Numbered from the stretch's first letter, positions 51,604 through 61,822 are shown. The stretch: DNA of 64,000 bases from Halarcobacter sp. (GCA_048571215.1 CP182352.1:2496001-2560000), one strand, 5' to 3'. Notes: generated from the letters alone by a model not told the origin. Numbers and translations: made by a program.

Positions 51604-53217
51604 ATGAAAAACATTACAACTAATAAACTTATATTATTTACATCAATTTATATGACGTTATTTTATAACTACACATTTTTTAAAAATATTATAAAGGTTT
51701 ATGGTTTTGAAAATTACAATATTTTGTATATTGCATCAACAGCTTTAGTACTATTTGCTTTAATTGTATTTTTATTTAGTATAGTAAGTAGTAGATTTAC
51801 AACAAAACCTTTGTTGATCTTAGTCTTATTTATCTCTTCATTTGCATCCTATTTCATGGATACCTACAATACCATAATAGATAGTGAGATGATAAGAAAT
51901 GTTGTTCAAACCAATATAAATGAATCTATGGACTTAATTAGTATGAAGTTAGTTTTATATATTTTATTATTGGGTGTTTTACCTTCTATTTTTATTTATA
52001 AAACAAAAATAGAGTATGGAACTTTTAAACAAGAGTTATTTTCAAAACTAAAAATACTAAGTTTATCTTTGATTATTATAGTTATTATGCTTTTATCATT
52101 TAGCAGATTTTATTCTTCATTTTTTAGGGAACATAAACCTTTAAGATACCATGTAAATCCTATTTATTGGATTTATAGTATTAGTAAATATATAAACTCA
52201 AGTGTCAATTCTGGACCTATTGTAGTAAAACCTATAGGTAAAGATGCAAAAATTATTCCCGATAAGAATGGCAAAGAAGATGAAAAAACAGAACTAGTTA
52301 TAATGGTTGTAGGTGAAGCAGCAAGAGCAGATAGATTCTCTTTAAATGGTTATGAAAAAGAGACAAACCCTCTTCTAAAAAAAGAAGATATTATTAACTT
52401 TCCAAATATGTATTCATGTGGTACTGCTACAGCTCAATCAGTTCCTTGCATGTTTTCTATTTATGATAGAAGTGATTATGATTATAAAAAAGGAATCTCA
52501 ACAGAAAATGTTGTTGATGTTTTAAAGCATACAAATTTTATAAATATCTTATGGAGAGATAATAACTCTGATTCAAAAGGGGTTGCTTTAAGGGTTGAAT
52601 TTGAAGATTATAGAACATCAAAAACTAATACTATATGTGATGATGTTGAGTGTAGAGATGAGGGAATGTTAGTTGGACTTGATGAGTATATAAAAAAACA
52701 TAAGGGTGAAGATATTTTAATTGTGCTTCATCAAATGGGAAATCATGGTCCAGCCTATTACAAAAGATATCCAAAATCTTTTGAAAAATTTACCCCGGTA
52801 TGTAAAACAAACCAATTAGAACAATGTACAAAAGAGGAAGTAAGCAATGCCTATGATAATGCTATTTTGTATACTGATTATTTTTTATCAAAGGTTATTA
52901 ACTTTTTAAAACCCTATTCAAAAGATTATGAAACTGCAATGATTTATATGAGTGATCATGGGGAAAGTTTAGGTGAAAATGGTTTTTACCTTCATGGTAT
53001 ACCTTATATTATTGCACCAAATGAACAAAAACACATAGGCTCAATAATGTGGTTTGGAGAAGATATAAAAGAAGATATAGATACAAAAAAACTATCTACA
53101 TATAAAAATAATGAGTTTTCACAAGATAATCTTTTCCATACTCTTTTAGGAATTTTTGAAGTTGATAGTAAAGTATATGACAAAGATAAGGATATATTAT
53201 TTAATGCACAAAAGTAA
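51604..53217 (+). CDS. eptA: Lipid A phosphoethanolamine transferase
   Basis: About 5 TM; VVGE.ARA, SCGT.TA.S.PCMFS, H.MG.HGP.Y, SDHGESLGE.G.YLHG. Confidence 0.93.
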   Translation: MKNITTNKLILFTSIYMTLFYNYTFFKNIIKVYGFENYNILYIASTALVLFALIVFLFSIVSSRFTTKPLLILVLFISSFASYFMDTYNTIIDSEMIRNVVQTNINESMDLISMKLVLYILLLGVLPSIFIYKTKIEYGTFKQELFSKLKILSLSLIIIVIMLLSFSRFYSSFFREHKPLRYHVNPIYWIYSISKYINSSVNSGPIVVKPIGKDAKIIPDKNGKEDEKTELVIMVVGEAARADRFSLNGYEKETNPLLKKEDIINFPNMYSCGTATAQSVPCMFSIYDRSDYDYKKGISTENVVDVLKHTNFINILWRDNNSDSKGVALRVEFEDYRTSKTNTICDDVECRDEGMLVGLDEYIKKHKGEDILIVLHQMGNHGPAYYKRYPKSFEKFTPVCKTNQLEQCTKEEVSNAYDNAILYTDYFLSKVINFLKPYSKDYETAMIYMSDHGESLGENGFYLHGIPYIIAPNEQKHIGSIMWFGEDIKEDIDTKKLSTYKNNEFSQDNLFHTLLGIFEVDSKVYDKDKDILFNAQK

Positions 53218-53911
53218 TATTTTTCAACTATCAATAACAATTGTTTTATTACTAATAACCTTAGCAATATTCCAGTTTACTCAACTTGATATCTATGTTC
53301 AAGAGTTTTTCTATGATTTTGAATCAAAAAGTTGGCTTATAGATAAAAAAGAGCCTATTTTAAAACTCTTTTTATATGATACAGTTAAAGTTTCACTTAT
53401 CATTTTTGCTGTTTGTATACTAATATCCTTAATTTTCTTTAGAAAAAAAAGATTGATACAAGAATACAAAAAGGGTCTATTGGTAGTTTTGTTATCAGCT
53501 ATTTTTGTTCCTTTGAGCATTGGAGCACTAAAGAAATATACTAACACTCCTTGCCCTTGTAATATACAACATTTTAATGGCTCTTATCCTGATATAAAGG
53601 TATTTGATTCATATCCAAAAGATTTTGTTCAAAAATCAAAGGCTAGATGTTGGCCTGCTGGTCATGCTAGTGCTGGATTTGCTCTTATGTCCTTGTTTTT
53701 TTTATTTAAAAAAGATAAAAATAAAAAAATAGCCCTAATAGCTGCAATAACTTTAGGGTGGATTACAGGTATTTATAAAATGGTTTTAGGGGATCATTTC
53801 CTAAGTCATACTATAATCACAATGTTGTTAAGTTGGATTATTATAATAAGTATTAATAATCTTGTAAACAAATCAAAAAAGGATAACTTTGAGAAACCAA
53901 CCCAAATATAA
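53204..53911 (+). CDS. PAP2-family membrane phosphatase
   Basis: K....CP, C.PAGHAS, G.HF.SH; start probably 53204. Confidence 0.85.
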   Translation: MHKSNIFQLSITIVLLLITLAIFQFTQLDIYVQEFFYDFESKSWLIDKKEPILKLFLYDTVKVSLIIFAVCILISLIFFRKKRLIQEYKKGLLVVLLSAIFVPLSIGALKKYTNTPCPCNIQHFNGSYPDIKVFDSYPKDFVQKSKARCWPAGHASAGFALMSLFFLFKKDKNKKIALIAAITLGWITGIYKMVLGDHFLSHTIITMLLSWIIIISINNLVNKSKKDNFEKPTQI

Positions 53912-54251
53912 TTTTTTTAAAAATACAAACTATGCACTTAAAGGTTTATTAGATTTATTAAAAACAGAAAACTCTTTTAGACTAGAACTTTTAATTGTAA
54001 TAATTTTAATACCTACACTTTTTTTTATTGATACTTCAATTACAAATAAACTACTTATGTTTGTAACACTTATGGGGATGCCACTTACTGAAGCTATAAA
54101 CAGTGCCATTGAAAGAGCTGTGGACTTGGTAACTTTAGAACATCATCAAATGGCAGGAAGAGCTAAAGATGCAGGAAGTGCTGCTGTGTTTTTAAGTATC
54201 TCAATTTTTGTAATTACTTGGCTTGTTATACTTTATGATACTTTTATCTAA
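53889..54251 (+). CDS. dgkA: Diacylglycerol kinase
   Basis: E.SFR.E, E.INSAIE..VD, AKD.GSAAV. Confidence 0.92.
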   Translation: MRNQPKYNFFKNTNYALKGLLDLLKTENSFRLELLIVIILIPTLFFIDTSITNKLLMFVTLMGMPLTEAINSAIERAVDLVTLEHHQMAGRAKDAGSAAVFLSISIFVITWLVILYDTFI

Positions 54252-55123
54252 AACTTAATTGATACATAAAAACTTATATCAAACTCATTGTCATCACTTA
54301 AAAAATTGTTTTTATGGTAGATTATATATGATGGTTTAATTGTAGTTTCATATTCACTATTTATTAACCATTTATGATAAACCCAATTTATAAATTTCAA
54401 AATATCCCCTTGGTGCCCTTTTAAATCAAATTTTGCATATACACCTTTTGAGATTTTAAACTTAGGAACCCTTTGCAAAAGTGTTTGGGTTTTTTCATCT
54501 GTTTCTATACAAGCGATATATTGACACTCATTTAAAGGTGTTATAACTGGATTATCATGTAAAAGTGCTATTTGTTTATACTCTTTTATATCATTACTTA
54601 ATATCAAAGTTTGTAGTTTTTGCCAAGTCTCTTGTATATTTATATTGTAACCTTTGTTTCTAATATAAAAAGCCTCAAGCTCTGGCATTTTGACTATTGT
54701 GGGTGTAAGATGTGAAAAATTTGCTTTTGATTGCATAGCTTTTTTTGATTGTCTCATAATCTTTTCACTATACTCTTTATAACCACCATTTCTCCAAAGT
54801 TTTGGAGAGATCTCAAATCTATTTGAAAAAGCTTTTATAAAAGAGGAATGGGAACTATATCCACAAGAATTTGCAATATCTGAAATAGTTGAGTATTTGT
54901 TTGTCAAAAGTAGATTTGCAGCTTTTTGAAGCCGTATTGATTTTATACTCTCATAAATATTTTTACCAAAGGCTTCTTTAAATATTCTATGCATATGAAA
55001 TTTACTCACATCTAAATCGATACTTAACTCTTCAATATCTATATGCGTATCAATATGAGTATAAATATAATACATAATATCGTTTGCTATTTTCACTCTT
55101 TTTTGTAGTGTTTCTTTTTTCAT
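54248..55123 (-). CDS. AraC-family regulator with GyrI-like effector domain
   Basis: S.FH.HR.FK, RL..AA..L, GYSS.S.F..AF; C-terminal HDNP..TP...C.Y.AC. Confidence 0.9.
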   Translation of the reverse strand: MKKETLQKRVKIANDIMYYIYTHIDTHIDIEELSIDLDVSKFHMHRIFKEAFGKNIYESIKSIRLQKAANLLLTNKYSTISDIANSCGYSSHSSFIKAFSNRFEISPKLWRNGGYKEYSEKIMRQSKKAMQSKANFSHLTPTIVKMPELEAFYIRNKGYNINIQETWQKLQTLILSNDIKEYKQIALLHDNPVITPLNECQYIACIETDEKTQTLLQRVPKFKISKGVYAKFDLKGHQGDILKFINWVYHKWLINSEYETTIKPSYIIYHKNNFLSDDNEFDISFYVSIKF

Positions 55124-55269
55124 ATCTAAATGATATCAATAATAAACTAAAATTAAAGCACTAAAGAACAATTATTTTAGCAATATATAATCAAATAATT
55201 AGCACATAATATAAAGATTTTTTCTTTTTTTAATCATACAATAATAAACAAACAAAAAAAGGGTTAAAA

Positions 55270-56721
55270 ATGGAAAAGATTTCAAAAGTATTGATAGCAA
55301 ATAGAGGAGAGATAGCACTTAGAATTGTTAGGGCTTGTAAAGAGTTGGATATCACAAGTGTTGCGATTTTTTCTGAGATAGATGTTGAAGGTCTTTGGGT
55401 TAGAAAAGCTGATGAGTGTTATCCAATTATGGGTGATCTTATACAAGCATATTTAAATTATGATGTTATAATCTCAATTGCTAAAAAAGCAAACTGTGAT
55501 GCAATACATCCAGGATATGGTTTTTTAAGTGAAAATGCTGACTTTGCAAAAGCTTGTGAAGATAATGGAATAATCTTTATTGGTCCAAAACCTGAACATA
55601 TTGCTCTATTTGGAGATAAAATGGCTTCAAAAGTTGCCATGAAAAAAGTTGGAGTTCCTGTACTTGAAGGAACTGATGAACCAATAGAGGATAAAAGTGA
55701 AGCCAAAAAAATAGCTTCTGAAATTGGATTTCCAGTTATAATAAAAGCTGCCTTTGGTGGTGGCGGTAGAGGTATGAGAATTGTAAGGGAAGAAAAAGAG
55801 TTTGAAGCAATGTTTGATAGTGCTACAAATGAAGCCTTAAAATATTTTGGAAATGGTGAGGTTTTTATTGAAAAATATGTTGAAAACCCTAGACATATTG
55901 AAGTTCAAGTTATAGCAGACAAATATGGAAATGTTGTTCACCTAGGTGAAAGGGATTGCTCTATTCAAAGAAGACATCAAAAAGTTATTGAGATAGCTCC
56001 ATCACCAAGACTTAATGAGGATGTAAGAAGAGAGCTTTATAGAATCTCAACAAAAGCTATGTTTAAACTAGGTTATGAAAGTGTTGGAACTGTCGAATTT
56101 TTGGTAGATGAAAATGATAATATCTATTTTATTGAGATGAATACAAGAGTACAAGTGGAGCACCCAGTAACAGAGATTATCAGTGGAGTTGATATTATCC
56201 AAAGAATGATAGAAATAGCTGAAGGTGATAAAATGAAATTTCTTCAAGAGGAGATAAACTTTAGAGGTTATGCCATTGAGTTTAGAATAAATGCGGAAAA
56301 TCCTCAAAAAGGTTTTATGCCTTCAACTGGTACAATAGAAAAATATCTAACACCAAATGGACCTGGAGTTAGACTAGATTCAAGTGCTTATACGGGATAT
56401 AAGGTTCCTGCAAATTATGATTCAATGATTGGTAAACTTATAGTTTGGGCATTGGATTGGGATGGTGCTGTTAGAAAAGCTAGGCGAGCATTAGATGAGT
56501 TTGTTCTAGAAGGTTTTCCAACAAACATCCAATTGCATAAAGAGATAGTTAGAGATGAGGATTTTAAAAAAGGAAATCTTACAACTAGTTATTTAGATAA
56601 AAAAATGGAGATGTTCACCTTAAGTGCGCAAAACCATTCTAAAGAGGAAGAGGAAAAAATAGCTTCAATAATGAAGTTTTTAGAAACCCTTAAAGCAAAA
56701 AATGTAAAAGTAAAACACTAA
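55270..56721 (+). CDS. Biotin carboxylase (acetyl-CoA or pyruvate carboxylase subunit)
   Basis: ANRGEIA, HPGYGFLSEN, GGGGRGMR, CSIQRRHQK, EMNTR.QVEH. Confidence 0.95.
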   Translation: MEKISKVLIANRGEIALRIVRACKELDITSVAIFSEIDVEGLWVRKADECYPIMGDLIQAYLNYDVIISIAKKANCDAIHPGYGFLSENADFAKACEDNGIIFIGPKPEHIALFGDKMASKVAMKKVGVPVLEGTDEPIEDKSEAKKIASEIGFPVIIKAAFGGGGRGMRIVREEKEFEAMFDSATNEALKYFGNGEVFIEKYVENPRHIEVQVIADKYGNVVHLGERDCSIQRRHQKVIEIAPSPRLNEDVRRELYRISTKAMFKLGYESVGTVEFLVDENDNIYFIEMNTRVQVEHPVTEIISGVDIIQRMIEIAEGDKMKFLQEEINFRGYAIEFRINAENPQKGFMPSTGTIEKYLTPNGPGVRLDSSAYTGYKVPANYDSMIGKLIVWALDWDGAVRKARRALDEFVLEGFPTNIQLHKEIVRDEDFKKGNLTTSYLDKKMEMFTLSAQNHSKEEEEKIASIMKFLETLKAKNVKVKH

Positions 56722-56731
56722 AGTAGGTTAT

Positions 56732-57358
56732 ATGACAATTGAAGAGTTAAAACAAGGTAATAAATCATTTAGACAAACAAAATTTAATGACTATAAAAAC
56801 GATTTTGAAACCTTAGTTGAAAAGGGTCAAACACCCAATGTGCTATTTATTGGGTGTAGTGATAGTAGAGTTGTACCTGATTTGATTTTGGACTCAAAGC
56901 CAGGGGATTTGTTTATTGTTCGAAATGTGGGGAATTTTGTCCCTCCTTTTAAAGCAGACCAAGATTTTCATGGTAATGCAGCTGCAATTGAGTATGCTGT
57001 AAGTGTTTTAAATGTTGAACACATAATAGTTTGTGGACATTCCCATTGTGGAGCTTGTAGATCTTTATATATGGATTTAGAAAATAATATCTCTTTGATT
57101 CATATTAAAAAGTGGCTTCAACTTGGTAAAAAAGCAAAAGATTTTGTTTTTGAAAATTATGGAACTAGTATAGATGAAAACCAAAAATATACATTAACAG
57201 AAAAAAGCTCAATAGTGTTCCAATTAGAAAACCTTTTATCTTACCCAGAAGTTAGTAAAAAAATAAAAAATAAAAAGCTTAAAATACATGGTTGGTACTA
57301 TAAGATAGAGGATGGTTCTATAGAATACTACAACTTTGAAAATAAAAGTTTTGAGTAG
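56732..57358 (+). CDS. Beta-class carbonic anhydrase
   Basis: CSDSRV, RNVGN, GHSHCG. Confidence 0.95.
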   Translation: MTIEELKQGNKSFRQTKFNDYKNDFETLVEKGQTPNVLFIGCSDSRVVPDLILDSKPGDLFIVRNVGNFVPPFKADQDFHGNAAAIEYAVSVLNVEHIIVCGHSHCGACRSLYMDLENNISLIHIKKWLQLGKKAKDFVFENYGTSIDENQKYTLTEKSSIVFQLENLLSYPEVSKKIKNKKLKIHGWYYKIEDGSIEYYNFENKSFE

Positions 57359-57417
57359 TATCTCTTAAGATAAAATATATTATGATTCATAAAAATAATA
57401 AATTATGGATGACAATA

Positions 57418-57762
57418 ATGAATAAGTTCTTAGAAAATGCAAAAAAAATTGAAGTGGAAAATAGTAGTGTAGACTTTTTTGAGTTTGAAAAAGATGGACT
57501 CACATATTATTATTTTGATAGTTCTATAACTACTCCACCTCATCCAATGGTTAATGCAATGTTAGGATTAAAACTGCTTGATAATCCAAAAAAAAGACTT
57601 TTAATGAGAAATCATCAAAAACCAATGGGACTTTTCCCTAAAATAAAAGAAAATTTTGAATATGAAATTTTAGAAGAGGATGAAGATATTTTAATTGAAT
57701 TTAAATATAAACAAGGAACAACTTTAAATGTAGATTTTAATGATAGCAATTGCCAAGGTTAA
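57418..57762 (+). CDS. Hypothetical protein
   Basis: ORF with PPHPMVNAM.GL motif; start 57418 or 57382. Confidence 0.65.
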   Translation: MNKFLENAKKIEVENSSVDFFEFEKDGLTYYYFDSSITTPPHPMVNAMLGLKLLDNPKKRLLMRNHQKPMGLFPKIKENFEYEILEEDEDILIEFKYKQGTTLNVDFNDSNCQG

Positions 57763-57823
57763 TCCTTTAAGCTATCAAGTTTTTTTATAGATAATTTTTA
57801 GTATAATTTTTTAAAATTTGTGG

Positions 57824-57852
57824 TTTTTTAAGGTGGCAACTGACTCCTAATT
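57824..57852 (+). repeat. Cassette junction site type A (left border of array)
   Basis: TTTTTTAAGGTGGCAA-CT-GACTCCTAATT; first 18 nt identical to IS110 right end 26642-26659. Confidence 0.85.
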
Positions 57853-57917
57853 TTTCTAATTTCCGCCCGTAATTTCCGCCCGGATTTTCTATTTTCTATT
57901 TTCTATTTTTTATTTTT

Positions 57918-58262
57918 CTATTTTTTCGATGTTTTTACATAATATACAATATTTAATATTTGTAATGTTGAGATACTTAGAATTATAAAATAATACTTAT
58001 CTAAACTATAACTACATTCAACATTAACATATAAAAAAAATATATTCAATAATATAGCAATTACTAAAATCAATAATGAAATAACTATATATTTAGTATT
58101 TTTCACTAATTTATCCTCAAAAAAATAAGATGCGAAAAACATTCCACCACCAATAAAGGACAACTCTTTAATATTATTATCGTATAAAAAAACAAGAATA
58201 AAACAATTTATTGCTACAACTTTAAATAAGCATACTAAAACATAATTTAAAACTATTTTCAT
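57918..58262 (-). CDS. Putative immunity membrane protein (cassette 1)
   Basis: Hydrophobic 114 aa; ATGA overlap with the upstream toxin-CT. Confidence 0.65.
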   Translation of the reverse strand: MKIVLNYVLVCLFKVVAINCFILVFLYDNNIKELSFIGGGMFFASYFFEDKLVKNTKYIVISLLILVIAILLNIFFLYVNVECSYSLDKYYFIILSISTLQILNIVYYVKTSKK

Positions 58263-58813
58263 GGAGATATATACTCTTGAGTCTGCTTCATTGCTTCATT
58301 ACTAAGATAGCCTGCAGTATCACTTATTTTATGAAAACCTATAGTTGTTGACACATCTCTTGTAAAATCAACCCAATTTGTCTCACCTATTGAGAATAAT
58401 GTTAAATGTTTTAATCCTGTAAATACTGTTGATGCAGTGTAAGGAATAACACTAACTAATCTCATAAATTTATTACTACTCATCATCAAACCTAGCCTAG
58501 CACTTTTTTCAGCCATACTGTCAAGTCTATTAGCTGTAAATCGCATATCCTCTTTTACATTTCTGTATTTTCCATGTAGTGCATATTCTTGTAAAGATTC
58601 ATTAGTATGCATCGCATGATTAAACAAATGCACAAAAGCCCCAGTAACAGTACCATTTGCAAACTTACCACCACTTATTTCTGAAACAGTACCACCAATT
58701 ACTGCCATTATCATTGTTCTTCCTTCAACACCACCATAGTCTTTATTACCAACACTAAAACCACTTGAAGCAAACCCACTCCAAAATCCTGCGCTAAATC
58801 TTCCACCTTGTGC
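58259..58813 (-). pseudogene. Orphan polymorphic toxin C-terminal module (cassette 1)
   Basis: Frame open from AQGGRFSAGFWSGFA..GGKFANGTVTGAFVHLFN into a variable tail. Confidence 0.75.
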
Positions 58814-58884
58814 TTATATATAATTATATATATTACTTAGTTAAAAGCTATTGAAAGTGGAGATTCATCCTTAGGGGTGTTAGT
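58806..58884. repeat. 79-bp linker repeat, copy 1
   Basis: One mismatch to 61815-61893; contains the TATATATAATTATATATA palindrome. Confidence 0.85.
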
Positions 58885-58940
58885 TTGGTGTTAGTTTCTT
58901 GCCATCACCTATCCTTAGTTTTAATAAGGATAATTAAAGG

Positions 58941-58970
58941 TTTTTTAAGGTGGCGACTGTCCCCTTTATT
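58941..58970 (+). repeat. Cassette junction site type A
   Basis: TTTTTTAAGGTGGCGA-CT-GTCCCCTTTATT. Confidence 0.85.
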
Positions 58971-59009
58971 TCAAGCTGGGGCTTGGGAACGAGGGAAACT
59001 TACTTAACT

Positions 59010-59297
59010 TTATTTAATGTCCATATTTCCTTTAAAAATAAACATTATTGTTACAATACATAATAAAACTAAGGAGAAATTTTGAATCTCATTTGCATAT
59101 GGATAATTGTCAGAAAAAATATATATATAAAAAACTCCTCCTCCCCAAAAATTTCCATAAATAAATGCACTAAAAAGAACTAATCCTATAGTAGGAAGTC
59201 TATATAAAAACTTTTTATCTTTAAAATAAGATAAAAGTTTATAGTTTATTAAAAGAGAAAAAATACCTATTATGATATATATTAATAGCTTAGTCAT
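59010..59297 (-). CDS. Putative immunity membrane protein (cassette 2)
   Basis: 95 aa, about 3 TM; overlaps the toxin-CT stop. Confidence 0.65.
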   Translation of the reverse strand: MTKLLIYIIIGIFSLLINYKLLSYFKDKKFLYRLPTIGLVLFSAFIYGNFWGGGVFYIYIFSDNYPYANEIQNFSLVLLCIVTIMFIFKGNMDIK

Positions 59298-59847
59298 TTA
59301 ATGTTTTACCTGACAAACCTGTTTCTAATAATAAAGCACCTTTTCCAGCACTTGTTGAATATTTATAAGTTGGAATCGCTATTTCAGCTTTTCCTGGAAA
59401 ATACTTTGAGATTGTTTTAATACCTGTTCTTAATAAGTTAGGTGCTGCTCCTATGGCAGAAACTCCTACTTCAATATATTTATAATAGCCTTTTCCAAAT
59501 TTATCATCGTAAAATTCATGTAACAAACCTATTTTACCTGTGTAACCTTCATATATATTGTTACTTCCATGTGCAATTAATGCCAATCCAGCAGGAGCTC
59601 CCCAGCCAGTCAATGTAAGCCCTGTATCCGCAATAACCTGTAAACCTCCTGCAAACATATTAATAATACCTTCCGCATTAAACAAATGCACAAAAGCCCC
59701 AGTAACAGCACCATTAGCAAACTTTCCACCACTTATTTCTGAAACAGTACCTGATACAAAAGATGTAAACATAGTTCCCTTTCCTACTCCCCAACTACTT
59801 GATGCTACAAATCCAGAAACTGCAAATCCAGACCAAAATCCTGCACT
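59290..59847 (-). pseudogene. Orphan polymorphic toxin C-terminal module (cassette 2)
   Basis: SAGFWSGFA..GGKFANGAVTGAFVHLFN then a tail containing LIAHG.NN.YEG (DUF4225-like by recollection). Confidence 0.75.
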
Positions 59848-59852
59848 CCATT

Positions 59853-59877
59853 GATAAAGGTGCCTGTCCCCTTTATT
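59853..59877 (+). repeat. Cassette junction site type B
   Basis: GATAAAGGTGC-CT-GTCCCCTTTATT. Confidence 0.85.
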
Positions 59878-59928
59878 GTTATTTGTCCCCTTTATTCTAG
59901 TATTATCGTTCTTCTAGTATTTTTGTAT

Positions 59929-60393
59929 TTATTCCACCTTTATAATTTCACTAGTTTTACAAAATTCTTTTATTGACTTTTTTTCTCTTTTTTTATTTAA
60001 TTCATTAAATGAAATTAAATAAGGATACTTATATACATTTATTTTTTCAATAAATCCTTTTTTTAGAGTAATCTTTTCTTTTTTTATATAACAACTATCT
60101 ATATTTATGTTTAATTTTAAATTTCTAATTCGAAATTTATATTCATCAATAGACTTAACTTTCTTGATAGTGTATAATATACTCTCTTGTTTAAAATTAC
60201 TTAAAAATATAAAAGATTCAATGAAATTATTATTAAAATTTTGACTCAAGTTTGAATTTAAATTCCTAAATAAAAAAGGTTTTTCTATAGTAAAGTTATC
60301 TATTTTTACATTTTTACTATCAAAAAAACCAACCTTAAAAATAATAAAAATAATTATAAATATTAGAATAATTATATAAAAATACTTTCTCAT
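59929..60393 (-). CDS. Putative immunity protein with N-terminal membrane anchor (cassette 3)
   Basis: 154 aa; RBS AAGGA; preceded by a short ORF at 60395-60490. Confidence 0.55.
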   Translation of the reverse strand: MRKYFYIIILIFIIIFIIFKVGFFDSKNVKIDNFTIEKPFLFRNLNSNLSQNFNNNFIESFIFLSNFKQESILYTIKKVKSIDEYKFRIRNLKLNINIDSCYIKKEKITLKKGFIEKINVYKYPYLISFNELNKKREKKSIKEFCKTSEIIKVE

Positions 60394-60394
60394 A

Positions 60395-60490
60395 TTACTT
60401 TTCCTTATATAAGAAATTTAATTCTATTTTTTTTCTTCTTGCGTATTCAGTTATTACACTATTCATTGCATTATCATAGTCATTCATCAT
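60395..60490 (-). pseudogene. Short remnant ORF, probable extreme end of a toxin tail (cassette 3)
   Basis: MMNDYDNAMNSVITEYARRKKIELNFLYKEK*; stop lies 1 nt before the next ATG. Confidence 0.35.
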
Positions 60491-60614
60491 CTTATCAATT
60501 ATTACCCTCTCTTTATTCTAAAGATGAAAGTGATTAGATGTCACTTTTTCTATATTTTAATATTCACTTTTTTATTGAAAAAAGTAAAACAAAAAGGCAT
60601 TCCTTTCAAAATTG

Positions 60615-60667
60615 TTTTTTAAGGTGGCGACTGACCCCTAATTTGAAGGTGAAAACTGACCCTATTT
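60615..60667 (+). repeat. Tandem cassette junction sites (type A plus a degenerate copy)
   Basis: TTTTTTAAGGTGGCGA-CT-GACCCCTAATTT then GAAGGTGAAAA-CT-GACCCTATTT. Confidence 0.8.
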
Positions 60668-60793
60668 TTGTCTTCTTAAAAACTTAATAAATAATAATAT
60701 CATAATCAACAAAAAGAATATAAAGGAATAAAAATATTCTCCTGTACTTATTTCATTTGATAAAATAAAAAATCCATAAATTTTTGAAAACAT
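60662..60793 (-). CDS. Small hydrophobic putative immunity peptide (cassette 4), below ORF-track cutoff
   Basis: MFSKIYGFFILSNEISTGEYFYSFIFFLLIMILLFIKFLRRQK*; stop falls inside the junction site. Confidence 0.45.
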   Translation of the reverse strand: MFSKIYGFFILSNEISTGEYFYSFIFFLLIMILLFIKFLRRQK

Positions 60794-60807
60794 ATTTATC
60801 CAATTTT

Positions 60808-61302
60808 TTATTGTCTATTTTTTCTATTATCATAATAATCAATTGCTCCTTTTATCATTCCATATCCTATTGCAGGAATTTTAAAAAACTTTGATGCTAA
60901 GTTAATATTATCAGTATAGACATCAACTGTTTCACCTATGTTTTTACCTGCGTTGAAACCATCATACCCACCCTTAACTACGGAACATACAAAGCTTTCA
61001 ATACATGGAGCCTTAGGTCTCAAAATATAAGATGCATTATGTCCAGTATCTTTTAAACTTGCAGTATCAACTGTAGTAATATAATATCCATCTTTCCCTG
61101 TTCCGTCATTAACAACTGTCATATTTAATCCTTTAGCACGCAACTCTGCTACTTGCTGCTCCGCCTCATGCTTCAAATAATTAAACAAATGCACAAAAGT
61201 CCCAGTAACAGCACCATTTGGAAACTTACCACCACTTATTTCTGAAACAGTACCTGATACTAAAGATGTAAACATAGTTCCCTTTTCTACTCCCCAACTA
61301 CT
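60808..61302 (-). pseudogene. Orphan polymorphic toxin C-terminal module (cassette 4)
   Basis: Conserved block nearly identical in DNA to cassette 2 (GTMFTS..GGKF.NGAVTG.FVHLFN) with a different tail. Confidence 0.75.
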
Positions 61303-61386
61303 TGGTACATATATCTTATATCCACTTTTCCCATATATAATTTTTTTGATAATTATATCATATGTTTTATTTCTTTTATTGTTATA

Positions 61387-61416
61387 TTTTTTTAAAAGGC
61401 GACTGTCCCCTTTATT
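61387..61416 (+). repeat. Cassette junction site type A variant
   Basis: TTTTTTTAAAAGGCGA-CT-GTCCCCTTTATT abutting an immunity stop codon. Confidence 0.75.
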
Positions 61417-61656
61417 TTATTTTAGGAATTTTTTATATATTAAATAGCATATATACAAAAAAAATCCAAATCCAAAAAGTATATTTGTAATAGCTGAACT
61501 TTCAGATAAAATAATCATTCCATCTGTTTTAGAAATTACTTTATTCCCAAAATATGCATAAATACCAAAATAAAAAAAATAACCTAATGCTAATAGTATT
61601 AATAATAAATACCCACCATATCTAAAGATAAAAAATGTAAAATTATTTTTCATCAA
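61417..61656 (-). CDS. Putative immunity membrane protein (cassette 5)
   Basis: Paralogue of 61953-62192 (YFGIY...GNKVI.K..GM..LSE.SAITNI). Confidence 0.7.
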   Translation of the reverse strand: MMKNNFTFFIFRYGGYLLLILLALGYFFYFGIYAYFGNKVISKTDGMIILSESSAITNILFGFGFFLYICYLIYKKFLK

Positions 61657-61822
61657 ATGTTCCTTTTATTTTATCTATTAAATTAAATGCAGCACCATGT
61701 GGGGTAGATGGAGGCATACTACTATTAAATACATCATTACCTACTTCTGCAATATAAGGAATAGCAACATATTCATATTTTACTAACAATCTAGTCAAAG
61801 TATATGCTAATCCTCCTTGTGC
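61643..61822 (-). pseudogene. Truncated toxin tail (cassette 5)
   Basis: AQGGLAY..EVGNDVFNSSMPPSTPHGAAFNLIDKIKGTFDEK*; homologous to the end of cassette 6. Confidence 0.7.

Noticed and set aside
59558..59854. 98-aa plus-strand ORF in the toxin array
   Set aside because: Exact antisense of the Gly/Ala-rich toxin frame.
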